Source: an uncultured bacterium (lineage in GTDB: Bacteria > Deinococcota > Deinococci > Deinococcales > Trueperaceae). From it: a DNA stretch of 64,000 nucleotides. The notes below the pieces were generated by a model. The model ran no database searches. It saw nothing but the letters and a program-made list of their open reading frames with translations, and was not told where the DNA came from. Below are positions 48,011-56,861 of the stretch, piece after piece. The position numbers were made by a program, and so were the translations under genes. Location of the stretch: positions 56,330 to 120,329 of the forward strand of contig CAZTTB010000001.1 of assembly GCA_964616005.1 (NCBI GenBank). The letters are read 5' to 3'. Position 1 is the stretch's first letter. The number at the start of each line of letters is the position of its first letter.

Positions 48011-49116
48011 AGCGCCTTCTGGTACATGCGGTAGGTCTTGTAGAGCTCGGCGCCCGCTGCCTCGATCCCGCGGTTCATGGCGTCGTTGTCTTCCAGCACC
48101 CAGCTGCACTCGCCGCCGGTGTAGCCGATGGCGCGACCGCGCCTGGCCGTCTCGGCGATCATCAGCAGCTCGAAGCCCTTGTGGCGGTATTCGGGCAGCA
48201 CCCCCAGGATGGCCAAGCGTCCCTGAGTGATGATCTTCTTGCGGTTGAGGAGGTGGAAGATCCCGAAGGGGATGAGCCGGCCATTGAACTTGGCGAGGAC
48301 CTGGTTGAGGTCGGGGATGGTGATCGACAGCCCGACGGTCTCGCCCTTGTACTCCAGGAACAGCGCCAGCTCGGGCTCCATGATCATCTTGAGGTCGTTG
48401 GCCAGATAGTCGAACTCGGCGTCGGTGCCGCGCACCTGCCCCCAGTTCTCCTCCCACGCCACGGTGTAGAGGTGCTTGAGCAGGCCGACCTCGCGCTTGA
48501 ACTGCTTCATGTCGGCGGGTCGCACGGTGACGTCGTAGCGTTTGCGGACGCGGTCCGCCATCCGCTCCAGGCGCTCGGTGGCGCCGTGGCGGATGTCGAT
48601 CTTCCAGGCGTAGAGGTCCTTGACCTTGTGGTAACCGGCGGCTTCCGCGTAACCCAGGTAGTCCGCCGGATTCTGCAGCATCATGATGAACGGCTTGGTG
48701 TCGAACGCGTCGATCTGGAATCCGGCGCCGTCGTCCATGGTGGGGTTCGCGGGCCCGCGAACGATGGCCCTGCCAAGGGCCCGCGCCTCGGCCTCGACGG
48801 CTCCGTAGAGTGCCGAGGCGACCTCGGCGTCCTCGGCCTCGAAGAAGCCGAAGAACACCAGGTTGTCGCCGAACTGTTCGTTGTGGGCGTCGTTGTCGAT
48901 GCAGGCGATACGGCCGACGATGCGTCCGTCGCGTTCGGCTAGGTAGGGGGTGATCCGACCGTGCTGGAAGAAGGGGTTCTTCTTCGGATTCAGCTTGTCG
49001 AACTCCCCCATGCGGAGCGGGGGAACGAAGGTAGGATCACCCCGGTACTTGTCGTAGACGTAATCAATGAAGCGACCCAGGTCGCGTTTCGTCGCGACCT
49101 TCTTGATCTCGACCAT
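48007..49116 (-). CDS. Two-domain GNAT-type acyl-CoA N-acyltransferase-like protein
   Basis: 369 aa. The C-terminal domain has GNAT motif A (ILGVLPEYRHKGFELLMI). The N-terminal FIDYVYDKYRGDPTFVPPL pattern recurs in an uncharacterised family, as I recall it. Confidence 0.55.
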   Translation of the reverse strand: MVEIKKVATKRDLGRFIDYVYDKYRGDPTFVPPLRMGEFDKLNPKKNPFFQHGRITPYLAERDGRIVGRIACIDNDAHNEQFGDNLVFFGFFEAEDAEVASALYGAVEAEARALGRAIVRGPANPTMDDGAGFQIDAFDTKPFIMMLQNPADYLGYAEAAGYHKVKDLYAWKIDIRHGATERLERMADRVRKRYDVTVRPADMKQFKREVGLLKHLYTVAWEENWGQVRGTDAEFDYLANDLKMIMEPELALFLEYKGETVGLSITIPDLNQVLAKFNGRLIPFGIFHLLNRKKIITQGRLAILGVLPEYRHKGFELLMIAETARRGRAIGYTGGECSWVLEDNDAMNRGIEAAGAELYKTYRMYQKAL

Positions 49117-49140
49117 GGCTGATCACCCCTTGTTCGGCTG

Positions 49141-50409
49141 TCAGATTACACCAAGCCCCTTGCCCACCGTCTCGAATGCGGTGAGCAGGAGGTCGAGCTC
49201 CTCGTCGCTGTGGTTCGCATTGACGCTCGTGCGGATGATCGAGTGCCCCGGAGCGACGCCCGGCGGAAGCGCAGGCGTCGTGAACACGCCCGCGTCCCAC
49301 AGCCCCTTCCAGAAGGCCAGAGCACGATCGTCCTCACCCACCAGCACCGGCACGATCGGCGTCTCGGAGCCGAGCGTGTCGAAACCCAGGCGCTGCATGC
49401 CGGTGCGGAAACGCTTTACGTTCTTCCACAGTCGCACGCGGTGCTCGGGCTCGGTCTCCATGATGTCGAGCGCGGCCAGAGCGGCGGCCATCTGCATGGC
49501 GGGCAGGGCGGCGGTGAAGATGAACGGGCGCGCGTGGTGCTTGACGAACTGCACCACCTTGCGGTCGCCGGCCATGAAGCCACCCACGCTGGCGAACGAC
49601 TTCGAGAAGGTTCCGATGATGACGTCGACGTCGTCCTCGAGGCCGAAATGCTCGCCGGTGCCGCGCCCGCCGTCGCCCAGAACACCGCTGGCGTGGGCGT
49701 CGTCGATCATGAGACGCGCGCCGTAGCGGCGTTTCACGTCGACCAGGCCCGGCAGATCCACGATGTGGCCGCTCATCGAGAACACGCCGTCGGACACGAT
49801 GATGCGTCCGCCCGGCTTGTCCGCGTCCGCCGCGAGCAGGCGCTCGAGGTGCTCGAGGTCGTTGTGGTCGTACTTCCGCAACGTCGCGTACGAGAGCCGC
49901 GCGGCGTCGTACAGCGACGCGTGGTTCTCGCGGTCGTAGTACAGGATGTCGTGCCGCCCCGCGAGGGCGCTCACCACCGACAGGCAGCCCAGGTAGCCGG
50001 CGCTGAAGGTGAGGGCCGACTCCTTGTTCAGGAAGGTCGCGAGGCGCTGCTCGAGCGTCTCATGGAGCGTCAGGGTGCCGGTCAGGAAACGCGAGCCGGT
50101 GCAGCTCGTGCCGAAATCGTCGAGGGCGTCGCGGGCGGCGCTCTTGAGCCGTTCGTCCTGGGTGAGGCCCAGGTAGTCGTTGGAACCGGTGATCACCATC
50201 TCCCGGCCGTTGGCGCGGACGGTGCCGCCATGCTGGGCGGCGATGGGCTTGAAGTAGGGGTGCAGGCCCGCCGATTCGGCCTGTTCGGCTCGATTGAACG
50301 CGAAGGCCTTGGTGAAGGCGTCTCGAGCACGCGCCGAGCGCTGCTCGGCGTCCTCCTCGATGACCGGGTTCTGGCGGGTGTCAACGACCTCAGACAAGAC
50401 TTCCTCCAA
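49141..50409 (-). CDS. PLP-dependent alpha-oxoamine synthase, serine-palmitoyltransferase-like
   Basis: PLP-Lys box GTFSKSFASVGGF, ENHAS His and DDAHASG. 422 aa. The start is TTG 50409 or TTG 50397. Substrate cannot be read from the sequence. Confidence 0.85.
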   Translation of the reverse strand: MEEVLSEVVDTRQNPVIEEDAEQRSARARDAFTKAFAFNRAEQAESAGLHPYFKPIAAQHGGTVRANGREMVITGSNDYLGLTQDERLKSAARDALDDFGTSCTGSRFLTGTLTLHETLEQRLATFLNKESALTFSAGYLGCLSVVSALAGRHDILYYDRENHASLYDAARLSYATLRKYDHNDLEHLERLLAADADKPGGRIIVSDGVFSMSGHIVDLPGLVDVKRRYGARLMIDDAHASGVLGDGGRGTGEHFGLEDDVDVIIGTFSKSFASVGGFMAGDRKVVQFVKHHARPFIFTAALPAMQMAAALAALDIMETEPEHRVRLWKNVKRFRTGMQRLGFDTLGSETPIVPVLVGEDDRALAFWKGLWDAGVFTTPALPPGVAPGHSIIRTSVNANHSDEELDLLLTAFETVGKGLGVI

Positions 50410-50432
50410 CGCGGCTACAAGCCAATTAGGGC

Positions 50433-50438
50433 ACTATA
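50433..50438 (-). promoter_or_regulatory. -10 box TATAGT upstream of the AOS operon
   Basis: Minus strand reads TATAGT, 23 nt upstream of TTG 50409. No clear -35. Confidence 0.35.
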
Positions 50439-50635
50439 GCACGCACCCGTCGGAGTCCAGCACGGGCGCGGCGGGTCGTCACACCCTACGCAAAAGGGAT
50501 CGGATGCGCAAGCGGGACCCGCGGCGTGGCCCCGGCTCGGGTCCCGGGCGGGGGACCTCCGGAGGGCGCCCGGGTCCGCGCCCCGGCTGTGTGGGCTTGT
50601 GACCCAGTCGTCGGCGGGCGTCGCGACGGGCGCGT

Positions 50636-50641
50636 TATACT
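50636..50641 (+). promoter_or_regulatory. -10 box TATACT, 6 nt upstream of GTG 50648
   Basis: TATACT-tgcgcc-GTG, the same architecture as at 25586. Confidence 0.4.
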
Positions 50642-50647
50642 TGCGCC

Positions 50648-50698
50648 GTGGCCGTCACAACCTACGTGCCGTGCATGCTTGGAGTGCCGGAAGGATGA
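50648..50698 (+). CDS. Candidate leaderless 16-codon uORF (MAVTTYVPCMLGVPEG)
   Basis: The GTG lies 6 nt after the -10 box. Its TGA stop overlaps the ATG of the downstream GNAT gene (ATGA). Purely positional evidence. Confidence 0.25.
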   Translation: MAVTTYVPCMLGVPEG

Positions 50699-51231
50699 GC
50701 GCATTGAATCTGACGTCGCCCGGTGCCCTGACGCGTCCCGCTGATGCCTCGGACGCCACCCTGGTCCACCGTCTCTACGAGAAGACCCCCGGCTATTTCG
50801 ACGTCATCTCGATCCCCGTCCCGACCCTGGCCGAGGTCAAGACCGACCTCGAGACCGCGGTCCGGGACGCCCGCAGGCACACCGAGCTGGTGCTCCTGCC
50901 GCCCGACGGGCGGGCGCCGCACGATGCGGAGCTGAGGGACCCGGTGAGCGGTCGTCAGGTCGTCGGCTACCTCGACTACAAGCTCGACTACCCGGACACC
51001 GGGGACGCTACGGTCAACCTGCTGCTGATCGAGGGCGATATGCAGGGGCGCGGCCTCGGCGGCCACTGCGTGCGCGATCTCGAGGGGCGCCTTCGCGGTC
51101 GCGTGCGCCGCGTGCTCGCCAGCATCTACGCGCAGAACCCACGTGCCCGCCGCTTCTGGGAGCGGCTGGGGTACGCCTTCGCGATCGATGCGAAGCCCGT
51201 GCTCGACTGGTACGCCAAGCAGCTCGTCTGA
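50695..51231 (+). CDS. GNAT-family N-acetyltransferase
   Basis: Motif A LLLIEGDMQGRGLGGHCV and a C-terminal NPRARRFWERLGY. ATG 50695 chosen. The in-frame GTG 50599 would place the -10 box inside the gene. Confidence 0.6.
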   Translation: MSALNLTSPGALTRPADASDATLVHRLYEKTPGYFDVISIPVPTLAEVKTDLETAVRDARRHTELVLLPPDGRAPHDAELRDPVSGRQVVGYLDYKLDYPDTGDATVNLLLIEGDMQGRGLGGHCVRDLEGRLRGRVRRVLASIYAQNPRARRFWERLGYAFAIDAKPVLDWYAKQLV

Positions 51232-51296
51232 CCCCGGCCCGGTCACGCCGGATCGCTCTCGAGACCGGCCGGGTATGCCGGGCGCGGGGACCGGTG

Positions 51297-51302
51297 TATC
51301 CT
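51297..51302 (+). promoter_or_regulatory. -10 box TATCCT, 7 nt upstream of ATG 51310; candidate leaderless promoter
   Basis: TATCCT-ttccgtc-ATG. No SD. Confidence 0.4.
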
Positions 51303-51309
51303 TTCCGTC

Positions 51310-52212
51310 ATGAAGCATGTCGTGAGCGTCTCGCTCGGTTCCGCCAAGCGTGACACCGACCAGACCGTGACCATCCTCGGGGAGCAGGTCCACCTGGAGC
51401 GGCGGGGGACGCAGGGGGATTTCGACGCCGCCCGCGCTCTCATCGCTGAGCTCGACGGCCGGGTCGATGCCATCGGGCTCGGCGGCATCGACCTGTTCCT
51501 GCCGGTGGGCGCCAGGCGGTACTACTTCCGCGACGCCCGCAGCCTGGCGGCAGCCGCCAAGCGGACGCCCGTGGTGTGCGGCGCCGGGCTGAAGAACAGC
51601 CTGGAGCGGGCGATGGTGCGGGCGCTCGCCGGCCGGTTGTCGTGGCAGGGCCGGAAGGTGTTGATGGTCTCGGCGCTCGACCGCTTCGGCATGGCCGAGG
51701 AGCTGGTAGCGCACGGTGCCCACGTGCTGTTCGGCGACTTCATCTTCTCGCTGGGGTTGCCCATCCCGCTCTACCGCCTGGGCACGCTGCACGCCCTGGC
51801 CACGGTGCTGTTGCCGGTGTTCGTCCGGTTGCCGTTCAAGTGGCTCTACCCGGTGGGCGCGAGCCAGGAGACCGAGGCGACCACCGAGCGTTTCGAACGC
51901 TACTACCGCTGGGCCGACGTGGTGGCGGGCGATTGGCACTACATCCGGCGCTACGCCCCCGCCGACCTTCATGGCAAGACGGTGCTCACCAACACCACGA
52001 CCGAGGCCGACGTGGCCTTCTTGAAGGCGCGCGGCGTGCGCACGTTGATCACCACCACGCCGCGCTTCGACGGCCGCAGCGTAGGGACGAACCTTCTCGA
52101 GGCCGCGTTCGTCGCCATCGACGGGGGCACGGGCGAGCTCTCCGCCGAACGCTACCGTGCGATGATCGAGGACGCTGAGCTCGAGCCGTCCGTGCTCGAG
52201 CTCGCGTCCTGA
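51310..52212 (+). CDS. Conserved hypothetical protein (I recall homologs auto-annotated as quinate 5-dehydrogenase; unverified)
   Basis: 300 aa with an N-terminal VVSVSLGSAKRD...GLGGIDLFL pattern. Function unknown. Confidence 0.5.
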   Translation: MKHVVSVSLGSAKRDTDQTVTILGEQVHLERRGTQGDFDAARALIAELDGRVDAIGLGGIDLFLPVGARRYYFRDARSLAAAAKRTPVVCGAGLKNSLERAMVRALAGRLSWQGRKVLMVSALDRFGMAEELVAHGAHVLFGDFIFSLGLPIPLYRLGTLHALATVLLPVFVRLPFKWLYPVGASQETEATTERFERYYRWADVVAGDWHYIRRYAPADLHGKTVLTNTTTEADVAFLKARGVRTLITTTPRFDGRSVGTNLLEAAFVAIDGGTGELSAERYRAMIEDAELEPSVLELAS

Positions 52213-52358
52213 AGGCGCCCAGCGCATGGTGTGGGCGGCGCGGCACGGCGGTGGCGTTGCGTGCCCGGGTGCTACACTGTGCTGCGTCTTGAACTTCCGC
52301 GAGCGCGTGCCGCCCCATTGCGGTCGGTTCCGTGCCGTGATGCGTCGGAGGCTAGTGG

Positions 52359-52915
52359 ATGATCAGTGTGACGGACCTGCGCAACGGGACGAAGGTCGAG
52401 ATGGACGGCGGCCTGTGGGAGTGCTTGGACTACCAGCACCAGAAGATCGGCAGGGGCGGCGCCAAGGTGGTCGGCAAGTTCCGCAGCCTGGAGAGCGGTT
52501 CGATCGTCGAGCGAACGTTCAACGCCACGGAGAAGCTGCAGGACATCTTCATCGACTATCGCCAGATGCAGTACCTGTTCGCCGACGGCGACCTGTATAC
52601 CTTCATGGACATGGAGACGTTCGAGCAGCCCGTGTTGAGCCGGGACCAGATCGGCGACACGGCCCGCTTCCTCAAGCCCAACCTGGAGGTGACGGTGGAC
52701 TACTACCAGGGTAGGCCCCTCAAGGTCACGTTGCCCAACGTGGTCGAGCTCGAGATCACGCAGACCGATCCCGGCGTGCGCGGCGACACCGTGTCCGGCG
52801 GCAGCAAGCCTGCGCTGCTCGAGTCGGGGGCGAGCGTGAACGTACCCCTGTTCATCGAGCAGGGCGAGGTGATCCGCGTCGACACGCGCAGCGGCGAGTA
52901 CCTGGGACGGGCCTG

Positions 52916-52916
<1 letters not shown>
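52359..52916 (+). CDS. efp: Elongation factor P
   Basis: 185 aa with the KPGKG-region equivalent and three OB/KOW-like domains. GGAGG SD upstream of the ATG. Confidence 0.95.
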
Positions 52917-53410
<494 letters not shown>

Positions 53411-53428
53411 GGTTCGGGGACAGGCGCC

Positions 53429-54766
53429 GTGTTCCGGAAGATCCTGATCGCCAACCGAGGCGAGATCGCCCTGCGCGTGCTTCGCGCCGCGCGCGAGCTC
53501 GGCATCCAGACGGTCGTGGTGTACTCGCAGGCCGACGAGAACTCGCTGCCCGTGTTGCTCGCCGACGAGGCGATCTGCATCGGGCCCGCGCCGGCTGCCG
53601 TGAGCTACCTCAACGTTCGCAACCTTCTCTCAGCGGCGCTGGTGACGGGTGCGGAAGCCATCCATCCCGGATACGGTTTCCTGGCCGAGAACGCCGAGTT
53701 CGCCGAGAAGTGCGAGGAGCACAACCTCGTCTTCATCGGCCCCCGCGCCGAGACCATCCAGCGCATCGGCGACAAGGCCGCGGCCCGGCGGCTGGCCGAG
53801 GAGGCCGGGGTCCCGATCACTCCCGGCTCGGAGCCGCTCAAGGACCTCGAGGCGGCGCGCGCGTTCGCCCGGACCATCGGCTTCCCGCTCATCCTGAAGG
53901 CCTCGGCGGGCGGTGGCGGGCGCGGCATGCGCGTCGTCCACAGCTTCAACGACTTGGAGCGCCAGTTCGTCAACGCTCAGGAGGAGGCGCGCGCCGCGTT
54001 CGGCAACCCCGAGCTCTACGTGGAGAAGTACCTGGAGGAGCCCAAGCACATCGAGGTTCAGGTGTTCGGGGACGGCCAGGGCAACGTCATCCACTTCTTC
54101 GAGCGCGACTGCTCGATCCAGCGGCGTTACCAGAAGATGCTCGAGGAGGCGCCGAGCATCGTCGATGACGATCTGCGAGCGCGCATCATCGAGTCTGCGG
54201 TGGCGCTGGCACGGCATATCGAGTACCGGGGTGCCGGCACCTGCGAGTTCCTCGTCGATCGCGACGGCAACTTCTACTTCAGCGAGATGAACACCCGCAT
54301 CCAGGTGGAGCACCCGGCGACCGAGATGGTCACCCGCTTCGACCTGGTCCAGGAGCAGTTCCGGGTAGCGGCCGGCATGGGGCTCTCGCTGGCCCAGGAG
54401 GACGTGCGCCTGGAGGGACACGCCATCGAGGTGCGCGTCACCGCCGAGGACCCCGACCACGACTTCCGTCCTTCGGCGGGCATCATAAGCGACGTCCACT
54501 GGCCCGGCGGCCCCGGTATCCGCGTGGACTCGCACGTCTACGCGGGCTACCGGATCCCGCCGAACTACGACAGCCTGATCGCCAAGATCATCGCCTGGGC
54601 GCCCACGCGGCAGGAGGCGATCGCCCGCATGGAGCGCGCTCTGCGCGAGACCGTCATCGAGGGGGTCAAGACCACCGTGCCGTTCCACCTCAAGGTGCTC
54701 GACAACGCCTTCTTCCGGCGCGGCGCGGTCTACACGAACTTCATCGCTCGGAGGATGTCCACGTGA
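53429..54766 (+). CDS. accC: Biotin carboxylase
   Basis: 445-aa ATP-grasp protein with KILIANRGEIA, GGGGRGMR and EMNTRIQVEHP motifs. Confidence 0.95.
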   Translation: MFRKILIANRGEIALRVLRAARELGIQTVVVYSQADENSLPVLLADEAICIGPAPAAVSYLNVRNLLSAALVTGAEAIHPGYGFLAENAEFAEKCEEHNLVFIGPRAETIQRIGDKAAARRLAEEAGVPITPGSEPLKDLEAARAFARTIGFPLILKASAGGGGRGMRVVHSFNDLERQFVNAQEEARAAFGNPELYVEKYLEEPKHIEVQVFGDGQGNVIHFFERDCSIQRRYQKMLEEAPSIVDDDLRARIIESAVALARHIEYRGAGTCEFLVDRDGNFYFSEMNTRIQVEHPATEMVTRFDLVQEQFRVAAGMGLSLAQEDVRLEGHAIEVRVTAEDPDHDFRPSAGIISDVHWPGGPGIRVDSHVYAGYRIPPNYDSLIAKIIAWAPTRQEAIARMERALRETVIEGVKTTVPFHLKVLDNAFFRRGAVYTNFIARRMST

Positions 54767-55116
54767 CCGAAGGCCCCGAAGGTCCCGACCTCGAGATCGC
54801 TGCCGACGTGCTCTACGGCATCGCCCAACTGGCACTCGACGAGATCGAGGGACTGCGTCCCATCGTTCCGCCCGCCCGCGTCGGCGAATTCCTGAGCGGT
54901 CGGCGGGCCAAGGGGATCCAGATCGAGCGTGAAGGCCCGGACGTCTACGTCGACCTTCGTGTGGCGGTGGGCTACGGAGTGGAGATCCCCAGTGTGGCGG
55001 CGCGGGCGCAGACGGCGGTGCGGGAGGCGGTCGCTTCGATGACCGGCCTCCAGGTCCGCAGCGTCAACGTCAACGTCGAGATCGTCGATCCGCCGGAGGA
55101 ACTACTCGGTGGCTAG
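54763..55116 (+). CDS. Asp23/Gls24-family protein (YqhY-like)
   Basis: 117 aa. GTGA overlap with accC. Same position as yqhY in the Bacillus accBC-yqhY-nusB-folD block. Confidence 0.75.
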   Translation: MTEGPEGPDLEIAADVLYGIAQLALDEIEGLRPIVPPARVGEFLSGRRAKGIQIEREGPDVYVDLRVAVGYGVEIPSVAARAQTAVREAVASMTGLQVRSVNVNVEIVDPPEELLGG

Positions 55117-55564
55117 GCGGAAGGCGCGCGAGCTGGCATTCCGTACTTTGTTCCAGTCCGAGCGCGGAGGTTCTCCGGTCCTGGAGGTCTGGCACCAGGT
55201 CCGTGAGGAGGCGCTCGAGGATCCCGAGCCGGAGGCCGATGCGGCCTACGGAGAGGGCCTCGACACGCCGTCCCTCGACTTCGCGCAGACCCTGGTGACG
55301 GCCTACGCCGAGCATCGGGACGCGATCGACGGCGAGCTCGCCGAGCTGATCAGCGGTTGGAGCTTCGGCCAGATGGCGCAGACCGACCTCAACGTTCTAC
55401 GCCTGGCCGTCACCGAGATGAGGTACGGGCCCCCCGGGGCCCCTGAGGTTGCGATCGAGATGGCGGTCCGGCTGGCCAAGAAGTTCGGCGGTGAGGAGTC
55501 CGGCCGGTTCGTCAACGGTGTGCTGGCCAAGGTGTTCCGGCGCTTGGCCGGCGAACGAGCATGA
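55109..55564 (+). CDS. nusB: Transcription antitermination factor NusB
   Basis: RRKARELAFRTLFQ N-terminus and a C-terminal FVNGVLAKV motif. Confidence 0.9.
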   Translation: MARRKARELAFRTLFQSERGGSPVLEVWHQVREEALEDPEPEADAAYGEGLDTPSLDFAQTLVTAYAEHRDAIDGELAELISGWSFGQMAQTDLNVLRLAVTEMRYGPPGAPEVAIEMAVRLAKKFGGEESGRFVNGVLAKVFRRLAGERA

Positions 55565-55578
55565 GATGAGGTAGCCAG

Positions 55579-56421
55579 GTGGCGGCGATCAGACTCGACG
55601 GCAAGGTGGTCTCGGCGAAGGTGGTCGAGCGCCTCCAGGAAACGGTGGCGGCGCTCTCCTTCACGCCCAAGCTGGTGTTCGTGCGGGTAGGCGAGGATCC
55701 CGCCAGCGCCTACTACGTGCGCTCCAAGACCCGCATGGCGAAGCGTGTCGGGGTCGAGTCCGAGACTCACGTGCTGGCTGCGGACGCCGGTCAGGCCGAA
55801 CTCGAGGCCCTGATCCGCAGCCTGAACCAGGACGCCGGGGTCGACGGCATCCTGTTGCAGTTGCCCCTGCCGGACGGTCTGGCGGCACAGCCGGTCCTCG
55901 ACCTCATCGATCCCGACAAGGATGTCGACGGGCTCCACCCGGTGAACGTGGGACGGCTGTGGACGGGCCGCCCGGCGCTGGCACCGGCCACACCGCGTGG
56001 TCTGCTCGCGTTGCTCGACCACTACGAGGTCGCGATCGAGGGGCGTCACGTAGTCATCGTGGGCCGTTCGAACCTGGTCGGCCGGCCGGCAGCGGCGCTC
56101 TTCCAGCACCGTAACGCCACCGTCACCATGGCGCACTCGCGCACGCGCGACCTCGCCGGGGTGGTCCGTCAGGGCGACATCGTGGTGGCGGCTGCGGGCC
56201 GTGCCCGCATGATCACCGCGGCCATGGTGAAGCCGGGTGCGGCGGTGCTGGACGTGGGCATGACGCGGGAGGACGAGGGCATCGTGGGGGACGTCGCGTC
56301 GGATGTCGCCGGGGTCGCCGGCCACCTGACCCCGATGCCGGGGGGCACGGGCCTGATGACGGTGGCGATGGTCATCGATACCACCGTGGAGGCAGCCCGG
56401 CGCAGGCGTTCGGGCGGATGA
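55579..56421 (+). CDS. folD: Bifunctional methylenetetrahydrofolate dehydrogenase/cyclohydrolase
   Basis: YVRSK, VDGLHPVN, VVIVGRSNLVGRP and PMPGGTGLMTVAM motifs. Confidence 0.92.
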   Translation: MAAIRLDGKVVSAKVVERLQETVAALSFTPKLVFVRVGEDPASAYYVRSKTRMAKRVGVESETHVLAADAGQAELEALIRSLNQDAGVDGILLQLPLPDGLAAQPVLDLIDPDKDVDGLHPVNVGRLWTGRPALAPATPRGLLALLDHYEVAIEGRHVVIVGRSNLVGRPAAALFQHRNATVTMAHSRTRDLAGVVRQGDIVVAAAGRARMITAAMVKPGAAVLDVGMTREDEGIVGDVASDVAGVAGHLTPMPGGTGLMTVAMVIDTTVEAARRRRSGG

Positions 56422-56861
56422 ACTCGGTCCTTGCGAACAGCGGGCTGTTGACCGCACTGATCGCGACGGTGTCCGCGCAGGTCCTGAAGGTGCTGCTCGT
56501 CATGGTGACGGAACGGCGCCTGGCGCTCGGCCGATTGTTGGAGACGGGCGGCATGCCCTCGTCGCACACGGCGGCCGTGACCGCGCTGGCAACCTCGCTC
56601 GGCCTCCACTTCGGTTGGGCGAGCGCGCAGTTCGCCATCGCGGCGGTCTTCGGCTCGATCGTGATGTACGACGCCACCGGAATCCGCAGGGCGGCCGGCG
56701 TGCAGGCGGAGTTGATCAACGACCTCGTGCAGGAGCTCGCCCACCTGTTCGACGAGGGATTCCAACCCCAGGCGCTCAAGACGCTGCTCGGGCACACCTA
56801 CCCGCAGGTGATCGTGGGGGCGGCGGTGGGCATCACTACCGCCCTGCTCGTCGCCCTCTGA
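56418..56861 (+). CDS. Divergent PAP2 / DUF212 (YuiD-like) membrane protein
   Basis: GGMPSSHTAAVTALA motif. ATGA overlap with folD. Confidence 0.8.
   Translation: MNSVLANSGLLTALIATVSAQVLKVLLVMVTERRLALGRLLETGGMPSSHTAAVTALATSLGLHFGWASAQFAIAAVFGSIVMYDATGIRRAAGVQAELINDLVQELAHLFDEGFQPQALKTLLGHTYPQVIVGAAVGITTALLVAL

Noticed and set aside
49141-50409. Reading the alpha-oxoamine synthase as BioF (biotin) or Kbl (threonine catabolism).
   Set aside because: There are no bio or tdh genes nearby. The PLP-Lys box is of the GTFSKS..GGF type, and the gene heads an operon of acyltransferase, reductase and glycosyltransferase genes. BioF/Kbl cannot be excluded without a phylogeny.
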